Origin: Octopus sinensis
Taxonomy: Eukaryota
DNA length: 64,000 nt
Assembly: GCF_006345805.1 (NCBI RefSeq)
Contig: NC_042998.1
Span: 181,288,001 to 181,352,000 of the forward strand
Reading direction: 5' to 3'
The notes under the pieces are model-generated. The model searched no databases. It was given only the letters and a program-made list of their open reading frames with translations, and had not been told where the DNA came from. Every line of letters starts with the position of its first letter. The first letter of the stretch is position 1. Positions 63,755 to 64,000 of this stretch are shown here, in pieces. The position numbers were made by a program, and so were the translations under genes.

Positions 63755-64000
63755 AGGCGTGGCAGTGTAATAAGAAGTTTGCTTCCAAACTAAATGGCTT
63801 TGGGTTCAGTCCCACTCCGTGACATCTTGGGTAAATGTGTTCTACCAAAGCCTAGTGAGTGGTTTGGTCGATGGAAACGGAAAAAGCATGTCGTGTGTGT
63901 GTGTATGTATCCACCACCGCTTGACAACCGGTTTGGTTTGTTTGCGTCTACATAGCTTAATGGTTCAGCGAAAGAGAGCGATAGAATAAGTACCAGCAGG
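63755..64000 (+). mobile_element. SINE-like family B copy (runs off the window end)
   Basis: AGGCGTGGCAGTGTAATAAGAAG..GGGTTCAGTCCCACT..CATCTTGGGTAAATGTGTTCTAC. Confidence 0.7.

Overview
AT-rich eukaryotic (animal) intergenic or intronic DNA dominated by microsatellites ((TA)n, (CATA)n, (GATA)n, (CA)n, (ATT)n) and transposon debris. The repeat landscape strongly resembles an octopus/cephalopod genome (inference, not verified). No intact host gene is recognisable, and almost all ORFs in the supplied track are microsatellite artefacts. Supported features: a decayed mariner (23.0-24.3 kb), a decayed Tc1 with both TIRs (62.5-63.7 kb), an internally deleted Tc3-like element (32.5-33.6 kb), remnants of three distinct Penelope-like elements (10.3-11.8, 30.3-31.2 and 34.1-35.0 kb), a CR1/L2/Jockey-type LINE RT remnant (48-50 kb), a Tx1/L1-type remnant (60.3-60.7 kb), three MITE-like elements, two copies of a Helitron/DINE-1-like repeat, about 20 copies of four or five tRNA-derived SINE-like families, and several long AT-rich foldback palindromes. 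The most notable observations are four minimal hammerhead-ribozyme-like motifs in Penelope pseudo-LTR-type repeats, a MITE with perfect 29-bp TIRs, an 8-bp TSD and internal TTAGGG-like repeats, and three phase-compatible candidate exons of an unidentified gene. I found no convincing evidence of a wholly new biological system. SINE and LINE remnant boundaries are approximate (about +/-20 bp, more for the most decayed copies).
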